64,000 nt of DNA from Escherichia phage slur07: the sequence record NC_028780.1, one strand, 5' to 3'. The position numbers and the translations under genes are program-made. Shown here in pieces: positions 45,824 through 55,258 of this stretch; positions within the stretch are counted from its first letter, which is position 1; each line of letters begins with the position of its first letter. The notes beneath the pieces were generated by a model. That model worked only from the letters and a program-made list of their open reading frames with translations, ran no database searches and was not told the DNA's origin.

Positions 45824-45972
45824 ACAGAGATATGACGCTAGAAGAGGCCAAGGCTAAAGCAAATGAAGCACTGGATTTGCTTCTTAAAATGATGGAAGAA
45901 AATGAGAAATATATCCAGGAAAACAAAATTCCTGACGGCCCATTAGTAGGCAAGAGGAAATCACATGATTGA
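45820..45972 (+). CDS. hypothetical small protein
   Basis: 50 aa ORF not in track; ATGA-coupled. Confidence 0.3.
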   Translation: MNRDMTLEEAKAKANEALDLLLKMMEENEKYIQENKIPDGPLVGKRKSHD

Positions 45973-46435
45973 AGTAGCAAAACATTATTCAATAGAATTT
46001 ATGTCTAAAGAAGGTAAATCAGTAAATACACTTGATAAAAAGTGCTCATTAATTATTCCTTTAGCAGAAAATCCGGATATTTTAATTAAAGATATAAAAG
46101 AAAGAAAATATCCAGAAAATGTTATTCTAATTATAAAGCATACTGAAGATATTTTGCAGAATACTGATTCACCTTTTTCTTCTTCTGAAGCTTTAACTAT
46201 TAAAGGCTATAAAAGAGCCCATGAATATGGTCTTTTTGACCTGTTTGAAGACGATAAAGTTAAATTAGCGAGTCAACCTTCTAAAAGTAAATCATTCATT
46301 ATTGAAGATATTAAAGATATAAATGCATTTGTTAAGATGGTCTGGGCTCATTTTGATGTTGGACTACGCTGGAGAATGTCCGAAGAAGAAAGAAAGATTA
46401 TTGAAGCTAATCGTCAATTTGGTTTTTATCGCTAG
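45965..46435 (+). CDS. hypothetical protein
   Basis: 156 aa ORF. Confidence 0.45.
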   Translation: MIEVAKHYSIEFMSKEGKSVNTLDKKCSLIIPLAENPDILIKDIKERKYPENVILIIKHTEDILQNTDSPFSSSEALTIKGYKRAHEYGLFDLFEDDKVKLASQPSKSKSFIIEDIKDINAFVKMVWAHFDVGLRWRMSEEERKIIEANRQFGFYR

Positions 46436-46443
46436 GAATTAAT

Positions 46444-46626
46444 ATGGATTTATTTGAGATGTTAGAAGATAATCATTTTACGAATAACCAGAATGATTCC
46501 AGTGATTATAAGAAAGAGTACCGTATAGTATTACAGAATTATGGAATTGAAGCCCCAGATGCTCTTCTAGAAGAACTAGCTTCATACCATCTTGACCCTC
46601 CGCCCTGGGCTCCCTGGGCAAAATAA
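46444..46626 (+). CDS. hypothetical acidic protein
   Basis: 60 aa ORF. Confidence 0.35.
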   Translation: MDLFEMLEDNHFTNNQNDSSDYKKEYRIVLQNYGIEAPDALLEELASYHLDPPPWAPWAK

Positions 46627-46637
46627 TTCAAAAAGTT

Positions 46638-46667
46638 GTTTACTTTCCTTTCTAACGATGATATGAT
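46638..46667 (+). promoter_or_regulatory. T4-type early promoter
   Basis: GTTTAC 46638-46643, 18 nt, TATGAT -10 46662-46667. Confidence 0.55.
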
Positions 46668-46693
46668 AGCTTCTGAAGTATACGGAGGCTATC

Positions 46694-47317
46694 ATGATTA
46701 TTAATCTTGCAGATGTTGAACAGTTATCTATAAAAGCTGAAAGCGTTGATTTTCAATATGATATGTATAAAAAGGTCTGTGAAAAATTTACTGACTTTGA
46801 ACAATCCGTTCTTTGGCAATGTATGGAAGCCAAAAAGAATGAAGCTCTTCATAGGCAGTTGAATAAAATCATTAAAAAGCATTTAACTAAATCACCTTAT
46901 CAGTTATATCGTGGTATATCAAAATCAACAGAAGAACTCATTAAAGATTTACAAGTTGGAGAAGTGTTTTCAACGAACAGAGTAGATTCATTTACTACTA
47001 GTTTGCACACAGCATGTGGTTTTTCTTATGTTGAGTATTTCACTGAAATAATATTTCGCTTAAAAACTGATAAAGCTTTTAATTATTCTGACCATATCAG
47101 CGATATTATACTTTCTTCTCCTAATACTGAGTTTAAGTACACGTATGAAGATACTGATGGGCTAGATTCAGAGCGTACTGATAACTTAATGATGATTGTG
47201 CGTGAACAAGAATGGATGATTCCAATTGGAAAGTATAGAATAACTTCTATTTCAAAAGAAAAATTACACAATTCATTTGGAACATTTAAAGTTTATGATA
47301 TTGAGGTAGTTGAATGA
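46694..47317 (+). CDS. modB: ADP-ribosyltransferase ModB
   Basis: 207 aa (T4 ModB length); ART R-S-E signature (LYRGIS ... STxxxxS ... EQEWMIP). Confidence 0.75.
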   Translation: MIINLADVEQLSIKAESVDFQYDMYKKVCEKFTDFEQSVLWQCMEAKKNEALHRQLNKIIKKHLTKSPYQLYRGISKSTEELIKDLQVGEVFSTNRVDSFTTSLHTACGFSYVEYFTEIIFRLKTDKAFNYSDHISDIILSSPNTEFKYTYEDTDGLDSERTDNLMMIVREQEWMIPIGKYRITSISKEKLHNSFGTFKVYDIEVVE

Positions 47318-47916
47318 AATACTCAGTAATGCAACTAAAAGATTTTAAAATAAAATCAATGGATGCATCGGTGCGTGCTTCTATTCGTGAAGAATTACTT
47401 TCTGAAGGGTTTAATTTATCTGAAATTGAACTTTTAATTCATTGTATTACTAATAAACCAGATGACCATACTTGGTTAAATGAAATAATCAAATCTCGTT
47501 TGGTTCCAAACGATAAACCTCTTTGGAGAGGTGTTCCAGCTGAGACTAAACAAGTATTAAATCAAGGAATTGATATTATTACATTTGATAAAGTCGTATC
47601 AGCTTCATATGATAAAAATGTAGCTCTACATTTTGCTTCCGGTTTAGAGTATAACACACAAGTTATTTTTGAATTCAAAGCTCCTATGGTATTCAATTTC
47701 CAGGAGTATGCTATAAAAGCTCTACGCTGTAAAGAATACAATCCAAACTTTAAGTTTCCGGATAGTCATCGTTATCGTAATATGGAATTAGTTTCAGATG
47801 AACAAGAAGTAATGATACCAGCTGGAAGTGTATTTAGAATTGCAGATAGATATGAGTATAAAAAGTATTCAACATACACTATCTATACTCTTGATTTTGA
47901 AGGATTTAATCTATAA
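47314..47916 (+). CDS. modA: ADP-ribosyltransferase ModA
   Basis: 200 aa (T4 ModA length); paralog of ModB with LWRGV ... EQEVMIP. Confidence 0.75.
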   Translation: MKYSVMQLKDFKIKSMDASVRASIREELLSEGFNLSEIELLIHCITNKPDDHTWLNEIIKSRLVPNDKPLWRGVPAETKQVLNQGIDIITFDKVVSASYDKNVALHFASGLEYNTQVIFEFKAPMVFNFQEYAIKALRCKEYNPNFKFPDSHRYRNMELVSDEQEVMIPAGSVFRIADRYEYKKYSTYTIYTLDFEGFNL

Positions 47917-47972
47917 TGGAAGGACTTAGATTCATTATACCATGAAAGTTTTAAAGCATTTTTCATAAAATT

Positions 47973-48002
47973 GTTTACAAGCCAAGGTAAAAATGTTATA
48001 GT
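47973..48002 (+). promoter_or_regulatory. T4-type early promoter
   Basis: GTTTAC 47973-47978, 18 nt, TATAGT 47997-48002. Confidence 0.6.
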
Positions 48003-48037
48003 ATAGTAGTCAACCGTCCGTAAGATGTGAGAAAAAT

Positions 48038-48784
48038 ATGAAACTGTCTAATAATCAAATTCGTAAAATTAAACGTCGTCTAGAGCATACCCAGGCATCT
48101 GCAAAAAGACGTTCTAAAGATTTTAACTTAGACTTCAATTACATTAAGAACATTTTAGATCAGAAAGTTTGTGCTTACTCAGGAGAACCTTTTGATAATC
48201 GTGTTGAAGGAGAGAAATTATCATTAGAACGTTTTGATAATAACGTTGGATACATTAAAGGGAATGTTATTGCAGTAAAGAAAAAGTATAATACATTTCG
48301 TTCTGATTATACTTTAGAAGAGTTGATTGAAAAGCGTGATTTATTTGCTTTGCGAATTGGTCGTTCATCTGCGAAAAAAGTTCATAAACTAAATTTAGAT
48401 GAAAAGAAATGGGCTAAAATCAAAAAGACTTATAATCAAATTAAAGCTATACAGAAAAAACGTGAAAACCGAATTGAACACATTTCTCAGCTTTCTAAAT
48501 CAAAACAGACCTCTGACATTAAGCTAAGGATTATAGCACTTAAAGCACGTATTGATGGTTCTCGCATAGCAGAAGGCGCTGAAGTTGTTAAATTGAACGT
48601 TCTTCTTAAAGGCTCGGATTGGAAAATTGTGAAAAAGCTGTCAGAAGCAGAAATGCAATATGATATGTGTGATAAAATTATTCAAGGTGTAGAGCGGTAT
48701 CAAAATTTGTCTTTTATTGATAAACTTAAACTGAAAAGAGGATACCCGCTAAATTGTTCAATTTTTAAACTTATCCGAGGATAA
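48038..48784 (+). CDS. srd: Srd-like protein
   Basis: 248 aa at the srd position between modA and dda; basic N-terminus. Confidence 0.45.
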   Translation: MKLSNNQIRKIKRRLEHTQASAKRRSKDFNLDFNYIKNILDQKVCAYSGEPFDNRVEGEKLSLERFDNNVGYIKGNVIAVKKKYNTFRSDYTLEELIEKRDLFALRIGRSSAKKVHKLNLDEKKWAKIKKTYNQIKAIQKKRENRIEHISQLSKSKQTSDIKLRIIALKARIDGSRIAEGAEVVKLNVLLKGSDWKIVKKLSEAEMQYDMCDKIIQGVERYQNLSFIDKLKLKRGYPLNCSIFKLIRG

Positions 48785-48785
48785 T

Positions 48786-49097
48786 ATGGTTTATGTATAT
48801 GCGATAGTTTACCGAGACAAAGACGGATTTACAGCGCCAGTTCCACTTGATGAACATCGTCCTGCTGTATTTTTTGAATGGAATATTGCTGATAAAGTAT
48901 TTACTACTCTTAAAGAGCAGTATCGACTAGCTTTAGGTAAGGGAATTCCAAGATTAGTTGAGACTCCACGTAAATTTTGGTTTAATAAAATAGAAGTTAA
49001 ACATGTTAAGCCTGATGTAGACACACAAAGATTATATCAGCGAATTTTAGATACTGGGCGTATTGTTAGTATACCAATTGCAGGGAATTTACGATGA
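48786..49097 (+). CDS. hypothetical protein
   Basis: 103 aa; ATGA-coupled to dda. Confidence 0.45.
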   Translation: MVYVYAIVYRDKDGFTAPVPLDEHRPAVFFEWNIADKVFTTLKEQYRLALGKGIPRLVETPRKFWFNKIEVKHVKPDVDTQRLYQRILDTGRIVSIPIAGNLR

Positions 49098-50413
49098 CAT
49101 TTGATGATTTGACCGAAGGCCAGAAAAATGCCTTTAACACTGTTATGAAGGCTATTAAAGAAAAGAAACACCATGTAACTATTAATGGACCTGCCGGTAC
49201 CGGTAAGACTACTCTTACTAAGTTCATCATTGAAGCTTTAATATCTACGGGTGAAACTGGTATTATTTTAGCAGCTCCTACTCATGCAGCTAAAAAGATT
49301 CTTTCAAAACTATCAGGGAAAGAAGCAAGTACTATTCATAGTATTCTTAAAATTAACCCAGTTACGTATGAAGAAAACGTTCTTTTTGAACAAAAAGAAG
49401 TACCAGATTTAGCTAAATGCAGGGTATTAATCTGCGACGAAGTGTCAATGTATGATAGAAAGCTCTTCAAAATTTTGCTTTCAACTATCCCACCATGGTG
49501 TACTATAATTGGAATAGGCGATAATAAGCAAATTAGACCTGTTGACCCAGGAGAAAATACTGCTTATATCAGTCCATTCTTTACACACAAAGATTTTTAT
49601 CAGTGTGAACTTACTGAAGTTAAACGCAGTAATGCTCCTATTATTGATGTAGCTACTGACGTTCGTAACGGTAAGTGGATTTATGATAAAGTTGTTGACG
49701 GTCATGGAGTACGTGGATTTACCGGTGATACCGCTTTACGCGATTTTATGGTAAATTATTTTTCAATCGTCAAATCACTAGATGATTTGTTTGAAAATCG
49801 CGTAATGGCATTTACGAATAAATCTGTTGATAAGTTAAATAGCATCATTCGTAAAAAGATTTTTGAAACTGATAAAGATTTTATTGTCGGTGAAATTATT
49901 GTAATGCAGGAACCATTAATTAAAACATATAAAATTGATGGAAAGCCTGTGTCAGAAATTATTTTTAATAACGGACAATTAGTTCGTATTATAGAAGCAG
50001 AGTATACATCGACGTTTGTTAAAGCTCGTGGTGTTCCTGGAGAATATCTAATTCGTCATTGGGATTTAACAGTAGAAACTTACGGCGATGATGAATATTA
50101 TCGTGAAAAGATTAAAATAATTTCATCCGATGAAGAATTGTATAAGTTTAACCTATTTTTAGGTAAAACGGCAGAAACTTATAAAAATTGGAACAAAGGC
50201 GGAAAAGCTCCGTGGAGTGATTTTTGGGATGCTAAATCACAGTTCAGTAAAGTGAAAGCACTTCCTGCATCAACATTCCATAAAGCGCAGGGTATGTCTG
50301 TAGACCGTGCTTTCATTTATACGCCTTGTATTCATTATGCAGATGCTGAATTAGCTCAGCAGCTTCTTTATGTTGGTGTCACTCGTGGTCGTTATGATGT
50401 GTTTTATGTGTGA
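49094..50413 (+). CDS. dda: SF1 DNA helicase Dda
   Basis: 439 aa (T4 Dda length); Walker A GPAGTGKTT; helicase motifs ICDEVSM, GDNKQ. Confidence 0.9.
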   Translation: MTFDDLTEGQKNAFNTVMKAIKEKKHHVTINGPAGTGKTTLTKFIIEALISTGETGIILAAPTHAAKKILSKLSGKEASTIHSILKINPVTYEENVLFEQKEVPDLAKCRVLICDEVSMYDRKLFKILLSTIPPWCTIIGIGDNKQIRPVDPGENTAYISPFFTHKDFYQCELTEVKRSNAPIIDVATDVRNGKWIYDKVVDGHGVRGFTGDTALRDFMVNYFSIVKSLDDLFENRVMAFTNKSVDKLNSIIRKKIFETDKDFIVGEIIVMQEPLIKTYKIDGKPVSEIIFNNGQLVRIIEAEYTSTFVKARGVPGEYLIRHWDLTVETYGDDEYYREKIKIISSDEELYKFNLFLGKTAETYKNWNKGGKAPWSDFWDAKSQFSKVKALPASTFHKAQGMSVDRAFIYTPCIHYADAELAQQLLYVGVTRGRYDVFYV

Positions 50414-50419
50414 GGATAT

Positions 50420-50680
50420 ATGATTAACATCAATTCAAAATATTTAAATCGTCTAATAGATGGTATAAGGAAGCATACTAATAAGCAAGATAATCTTAAT
50501 GTTATGGTAACAGGAGCTGAGCTCCTTCATAAGCTTTATCTTATAAGTGATACTATATTAGCAATTAAACGAATTGAAAAACAATCATATCACAGTAATA
50601 CAGATACGGTAATTACACTAGATGAAAGTGTCTGTAAATTACTAATTAAATTTGAGGAAGCTATTCGTGGAAATAACTAA
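50420..50680 (+). CDS. hypothetical protein, tandem paralog 1 of 3
   Basis: 86 aa; similar length and register to next two ORFs. Confidence 0.45.
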   Translation: MININSKYLNRLIDGIRKHTNKQDNLNVMVTGAELLHKLYLISDTILAIKRIEKQSYHSNTDTVITLDESVCKLLIKFEEAIRGNN

Positions 50681-50912
50681 AGATCAGTTTTATCTTCTTC
50701 AGGATAAAGTTAGCGAAATTTATGAAATTGCTCATGGTAAAAATCGTGAAACTGTAAAAATTGAATCTAGTAAGTTGATGCTTCAATTAGAAGAAATTGA
50801 ACGAGATTTAATTGCGTTAGAATTCTTTTGCGGTGAAGTGAAAACTGTTACAATTAATGATTATGTTTTAGGCGAAATTAGCTATCTTTATGAGGCGATT
50901 ATTAATGATTGA
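50667..50912 (+). CDS. hypothetical protein, tandem paralog 2 of 3
   Basis: about 81 aa from GTG 50667 (SD gagg); ..QF..L...V......G.E...I....L..LEEI..D... Confidence 0.45.
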   Translation: MEITKDQFYLLQDKVSEIYEIAHGKNRETVKIESSKLMLQLEEIERDLIALEFFCGEVKTVTINDYVLGEISYLYEAIIND

Positions 50913-51147
50913 ATTAAGTTGGTACCAATTTAAATCTCTTATGACAAATGTTAAAGCTGTCATTAAAGAAAATCAGGGTCCTGAAAATATTACTATTCGC
51001 GAAAAAGCTTTAAAGATAGTATACAGTCTTGAAGAAATACAAAAAGACATTGAATCTATGGCAAAATTTATTGATGAGCCTATCAATAAAGTTTATATTC
51101 AAGACTATACTGTAGGTCAAATTCGTGATTTAGCGAGGAAAATTTAA
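50905..51147 (+). CDS. hypothetical protein, tandem paralog 3 of 3
   Basis: about 80 aa from ATG 50905; aligns with paralog 2 (WYQFKSL..., LEEIQKDI..., IQDYTVGQI). Confidence 0.45.
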   Translation: MIELSWYQFKSLMTNVKAVIKENQGPENITIREKALKIVYSLEEIQKDIESMAKFIDEPINKVYIQDYTVGQIRDLARKI

Positions 51148-51830
51148 TGTTTGATTTTATTATAGATTTTGAAACAATGGGAAGTGGTGAAAAAGCAGCG
51201 GTTATTGATTTAGCTGTAATTGCTTTTGACCCTAATCCAGAAGTGGTTGAAACATTTGATGAATTAGTTTCACGTGGCATTAAAATCAAATTTGATTTAA
51301 AAAGCCAAAAAGGACATCGTCTTTTTACTAAAAGTACTATCGAATGGTGGAAGAATCAATCTCCTGAAGCTCGAAAAAATATTGCACCATCCGATGAAGA
51401 TGTAAGCACTATCGATGGTATTGCAAAATTTAATGATTACATCAATGCACATAACATCGATCCTTGGAAATCTCAAGGTTGGTGCCGTGGAATGTCGTTT
51501 GATTTTCCAATTTTAGTCGATCTCATTCGCGATATTCAACGTCTTAACGGCGTTTCCGAGAATGAGCTTGATACATTTAAGTTAGAACCTTGTAAATTCT
51601 GGAATCAGCGTGATATTCGTACCAGAATTGAAGCACTTCTGCTTGTTCGTGATATGACCACGTGTCCTCTTCCAAAAGGAACTTTAGATGGATTCGTTGC
51701 ACATGATTCTATTCATGACTGTGCGAAAGACATTCTGATGATGAAGTATGCTTTGCGATACGCTATGGGTCTTGAAGATGCTCCGTCAGAGGAAGAATGC
51801 GATCCTCTATCTCTTCCAACTAAACGATAA
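51147..51830 (+). CDS. dexA: exonuclease A (DEDD family)
   Basis: 227 aa (T4 DexA length); N-terminal DFETMG exonuclease motif. Confidence 0.85.
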   Translation: MFDFIIDFETMGSGEKAAVIDLAVIAFDPNPEVVETFDELVSRGIKIKFDLKSQKGHRLFTKSTIEWWKNQSPEARKNIAPSDEDVSTIDGIAKFNDYINAHNIDPWKSQGWCRGMSFDFPILVDLIRDIQRLNGVSENELDTFKLEPCKFWNQRDIRTRIEALLLVRDMTTCPLPKGTLDGFVAHDSIHDCAKDILMMKYALRYAMGLEDAPSEEECDPLSLPTKR

Positions 51831-51836
51831 AAAGTT

Positions 51837-51866
51837 GTTTACTTCCTCGGTTAGTTATGGTATTAT
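51837..51866 (+). promoter_or_regulatory. T4-type early promoter
   Basis: GTTTAC 51837-51842, 18 nt, TGGTATTAT (-10 51861-51866). Confidence 0.65.
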
Positions 51867-51893
51867 AACACCATAGCTACTGAGGATAATAAA

Positions 51894-52397
51894 ATGAAAA
51901 TTTATCGTGTTGAATCATCATTTAGTATTCTTAATTATGAAGATGCTATAACAATACGTCGAGATCTTTGTGTTCAAATAACTCCGTACAGGAGTATAAT
52001 AGATTCATGGAGTGAAGAGTGGTTATTACGCGTAGGTTATGACAGACCCAATTTTATGCATCATAGTAATGATAATAAAAGAATTCCTGTGCCGCATGAA
52101 GACAAATTATTAGTTAAAAATGCTAATATAGCAATTAATACTAATTTTGAGAAAGAAGAATATGTAGGCGTAGATCACTATATTCCAGGATGGTTTATAG
52201 CTCTTTATCATTTTGCTTTCGCTAGCGAATATGATATGATGAGATGGTTCACACGAGAAGAGCGTGAAGAATTAGCTTCTAAAGGATTTTATCTTGCTGT
52301 ATACGAAGTTCCTGAAGATGAAGTTATCATTGGTGGGCACCAAGTAATGTTCCGCAAATCCCATGCCGAATTAAAAGGCTTTATTACCTTAGATTAA
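51894..52397 (+). CDS. hypothetical protein
   Basis: 167 aa ORF downstream of early promoter. Confidence 0.45.
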   Translation: MKIYRVESSFSILNYEDAITIRRDLCVQITPYRSIIDSWSEEWLLRVGYDRPNFMHHSNDNKRIPVPHEDKLLVKNANIAINTNFEKEEYVGVDHYIPGWFIALYHFAFASEYDMMRWFTREEREELASKGFYLAVYEVPEDEVIIGGHQVMFRKSHAELKGFITLD

Positions 52398-52407
52398 AGA
52401 GAAAATT

Positions 52408-52845
52408 ATGATTAAAAATAATGCTGTTTATCAATTGAAAAAATTTGATGAAATTAAGAATTTTTCGGTACTGTCTAATACAGCTCATAATAAGTTTTGT
52501 GAACTTCTTGGTTTAACTGGCGGATATCCTTTTACTGTTATTAGTGTTAATAGCGGAATTCTTATCGGTATGATGTATATTGAAATTAGAAACTATTATG
52601 GAATGGTATCACCGCTTATTATTTATGAAAAAGATTTTAGTCTATTGACAGAAATTGAAAAACCTGAAGACCCGACTGATTTGTTGTGTAAGGCAGTTTA
52701 TATTCGTCGTCCATTCGCGAATCCGATTGGCGGTTGGGTAACTGACCAGTGGATTGAAGATGGCGTTGAACTTCTTAATGTAGTTCATGCTGGAGAGTAC
52801 TCCGTAGTTCCTCGCAGCGCAGTGATTAATGTTCGTGTAAGCTAG
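52408..52845 (+). CDS. hypothetical protein (paralog pair, shared C-terminal domain)
   Basis: 145 aa; C-terminal ..GGWVTDQWIEDGVELLNVVHAGEYSVVP.. shared with 52919..53407. Confidence 0.5.
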   Translation: MIKNNAVYQLKKFDEIKNFSVLSNTAHNKFCELLGLTGGYPFTVISVNSGILIGMMYIEIRNYYGMVSPLIIYEKDFSLLTEIEKPEDPTDLLCKAVYIRRPFANPIGGWVTDQWIEDGVELLNVVHAGEYSVVPRSAVINVRVS

Positions 52846-52880
52846 TTTACAAACTCTTGGGACCAGAGTATAATGGTCCC
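52845..52880 (+). promoter_or_regulatory. T4-type early promoter with stem-loop around the -10
   Basis: GTTTAC 52845-52850, TATAAT 52869-52874 flanked by GGGACC 52859-52864 / GGTCCC 52875-52880. Confidence 0.7.
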
Positions 52881-52918
52881 GCGGAGTATAAAATCTTTTT
52901 AACAAGTGAGAAATAACT

Positions 52919-53407
52919 ATGATTATTAATATTGGTGAATTAGCTCGTGTATCTGATAAATCCCGCTCTAAAGCAGCAGGAAAATTGGTCGAAATTGTAA
53001 GCATTCAGCTTAAACATGGCGTTAAAGATGAAGATTCTGAAGTAAAAGTGCGTATCATTCCTAAAGATGGAAAGTCTAAACCCCAGTTTGGCTATGTTCG
53101 TGCGAAATTTCTTGAATCTGCGTTTTTGAAAGCTGTTCCTGCTAAAGTAATTGAAACGATTGATACTTCACATGTAGGCGTAGACTTTAAGTGGAAACTC
53201 GGTCAAGCTATTAAGTTCATTGCTCCTTGCGAATTTAAATTTATCAAAGATGATGGAAAGGCTGCTTATACTCGTGCTATGTGTGGATATATTACCGATC
53301 AATGGGTAGAAGATGGCGTTAAGTTATACAATGTGGTATTTTTAGGAACATACAAAGTCATTCCTGAAAGTTGGATTAAACACTATAGCAATGCTCTCTA
53401 TGCATAA
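52919..53407 (+). CDS. hypothetical protein (paralog pair, shared C-terminal domain)
   Basis: 162 aa; C-terminal ..CGYITDQWVEDGVKLYNVVFLGTYKVIP.. Confidence 0.5.
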   Translation: MIINIGELARVSDKSRSKAAGKLVEIVSIQLKHGVKDEDSEVKVRIIPKDGKSKPQFGYVRAKFLESAFLKAVPAKVIETIDTSHVGVDFKWKLGQAIKFIAPCEFKFIKDDGKAAYTRAMCGYITDQWVEDGVKLYNVVFLGTYKVIPESWIKHYSNALYA

Positions 53408-53420
53408 AGTTTAAAATTTT

Positions 53421-53507
53421 TTCATAAAACTATATACATCAGTAGTTGATTATGGTACTATATCAATATCAACTACTGATACAGAAAACAACTTGGAGAA
53501 TAAAATG
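53421..53507 (+). repeat. PeSL-like promoter/leader cassette with 11-bp perfect stem (copy 5)
   Basis: CAGTAGTTGAT 53440-53450 / ATCAACTACTG 53468-53478 enclose TGGTACTAT (-10 53456-53461); -35 degenerate; leader ends ..cttggagaataaaATG 53505. Confidence 0.7.
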
Positions 53508-53774
53508 GAAAACTTAATTATCATCGAGCAATCTTTCAACGATTATGGTATGGCTTACGGTTATCGTGCGATAATGGAAGATTCTCGTGGATGTGTTATC
53601 GATATTGCTGAATGTAAAGATTTACTGCAGCTTTTGAAGATTGTTCGCAAAAATTGGGATTGTGAAAACATTAAAGCTCGTGTTGTAACGGAAGAAGAAA
53701 CTGTTTTTCATGATGTAAAATTTGCCAAAGGTGCTGCTACTCTTCTGAAACGCATCGCTCCACTGTTCAATTAA
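53505..53774 (+). CDS. hypothetical protein
   Basis: 89 aa from ATG 53505 downstream of cassette. Confidence 0.45.
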   Translation: MENLIIIEQSFNDYGMAYGYRAIMEDSRGCVIDIAECKDLLQLLKIVRKNWDCENIKARVVTEEETVFHDVKFAKGAATLLKRIAPLFN

Positions 53775-53787
53775 TGAGGAAATTGTA

Positions 53788-54003
53788 ATGAAACGTAAAA
53801 TTGTTCAGAATTGCACTAATGACGAATTTGAAGATGTATTATTTGATCCAGATTTGGTAGTAGTTCAAAAGGAACACACCATCAAGTTTACTCACTTGAC
53901 TTCGGTTTATGTGTATGAAAAGGTTGGTGATAAACAACCGATTTATGGTGTATTCCGTGAAATCACTGAAGACGGTACAACTTACTGGAAGGAAATTTAT
54001 TAA
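53788..54003 (+). CDS. hypothetical protein
   Basis: 71 aa ORF. Confidence 0.4.
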   Translation: MKRKIVQNCTNDEFEDVLFDPDLVVVQKEHTIKFTHLTSVYVYEKVGDKQPIYGVFREITEDGTTYWKEIY

Positions 54004-54422
54004 TGGCTATTAGATTTGAAGTTAATAAATGGTATCAATTTAAAAATAAACAAGCTCAAGAAGCTTTTATTAAAGACCATACTGATAACGGAATCTACGC
54101 ACGACGTTTAGGTATGGAACCTTTTAAAATTTTAGATGTTGACCATCTCAGTCGTCCTACTAAAATTGTGACATCTACTGGCACGGTTGGATACGCAACA
54201 GGCGGTGATATCCTTGATGAAAACTTTATCTGGCTCTCCACGAATGAAGCAGAGTTCTTTGACGAAGTTGGAAATCCATATCAAGCGTCCGAAGAGCAAA
54301 AGCAGGAAGAGCAAGAACAAATAGAAGATTTCACAGAATTCCCGGTCATGAAAGTTACTATTGAAAATAATGAACAGGCATGGTCCTTGTATCAGATGTT
54401 GAAAGCACACTTTAAGGAATAA
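54003..54422 (+). CDS. hypothetical protein
   Basis: 139 aa ORF; acidic C-terminal region. Confidence 0.4.
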   Translation: MAIRFEVNKWYQFKNKQAQEAFIKDHTDNGIYARRLGMEPFKILDVDHLSRPTKIVTSTGTVGYATGGDILDENFIWLSTNEAEFFDEVGNPYQASEEQKQEEQEQIEDFTEFPVMKVTIENNEQAWSLYQMLKAHFKE

Positions 54423-54424
54423 TT

Positions 54425-54601
54425 ATGCCAATGTATGATTATAAATGCCAATCCGAAGATTGCGGGCATGAATATGAAAAAATTAAAAAGATTTCTGAAC
54501 GAGAAAATGATGTTTGTCCTAAATGTCATCGTCTGTCTACTCGTCGGCCTTCTGCTCCTAAGCATGTGAATGGCGGTTTTTACGACTTACTTAAAGGGTA
54601 A
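54425..54601 (+). CDS. zinc-ribbon small protein
   Basis: 58 aa ORF not in track; YKCQSEDCGH...CPKCH four-ligand ribbon. Confidence 0.4.
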   Translation: MPMYDYKCQSEDCGHEYEKIKKISERENDVCPKCHRLSTRRPSAPKHVNGGFYDLLKG

Positions 54602-54603
54602 TT

Positions 54604-54975
54604 ATGTTTAAAATCGGTAAGAAGTATCGCATTCGTGAAGGTGAAGAACAGAAATATCTATTTTCTGCTAGTAATAGGAATAGTTCTATTAATGCTGTAA
54701 TATTGACTAGTGAATTTATCGTTGAAGATATGAAAGGTCATAATGTTACAATGATTAGTACAGCATCTGGAAATGATGGAAAAATTCTTCATAGTTGTCA
54801 GAGTAATGTTCTAATTTATGATGAAGAATTTGACTTCTTCAAAGAAGTTTCCGAAGATTTTGATTTTGAATGTACTATTACTATGAAATCTGGTGACCCT
54901 CTTTCTTTTACAGTTAAAGATGAAAGAAGTCGCTTGAGAATTATTAGTCTTCTTCAAGCCATTAAATTTGAGTGA
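54604..54975 (+). CDS. hypothetical protein
   Basis: 123 aa ORF. Confidence 0.4.
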   Translation: MFKIGKKYRIREGEEQKYLFSASNRNSSINAVILTSEFIVEDMKGHNVTMISTASGNDGKILHSCQSNVLIYDEEFDFFKEVSEDFDFECTITMKSGDPLSFTVKDERSRLRIISLLQAIKFE

Positions 54976-55241
54976 AAATTATGAAATATATTAATCGTTC
55001 TATCGCTGCATTAGTATTAGCAGTGTCTTTAGCAGGATGTACTGATGCTGATAATGCAACCAAAGTTTTATCTTCAAGTGGTTTTACTAATATTGAAATC
55101 ACTGGATATAATTGGTTTGGTTGTTCTGAAAATGATTTCCAACATACTGGATTTCGTGCTATTGGACCTACTGGGCAGAAAGTAGAAGGAACAGTATGTT
55201 CTGGTCTATTCTTCAAAGATTCGACTATCCGTTTTAAATAA
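54972..55241 (+). CDS. putative lipoprotein
   Basis: 89 aa; signal peptide with lipobox LAGC (MKYINRSIAALVLAVSLAGCTD). Confidence 0.5.
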   Translation: MKIMKYINRSIAALVLAVSLAGCTDADNATKVLSSSGFTNIEITGYNWFGCSENDFQHTGFRAIGPTGQKVEGTVCSGLFFKDSTIRFK

Positions 55242-55243
55242 AA

Positions 55244-55258
55244 GGCCTTCGGGCCTTT
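55244..55258 (+). terminator. rho-independent terminator
   Basis: GGCCTTCGGGCC hairpin followed by TTTAGCTTT. Confidence 0.6.
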
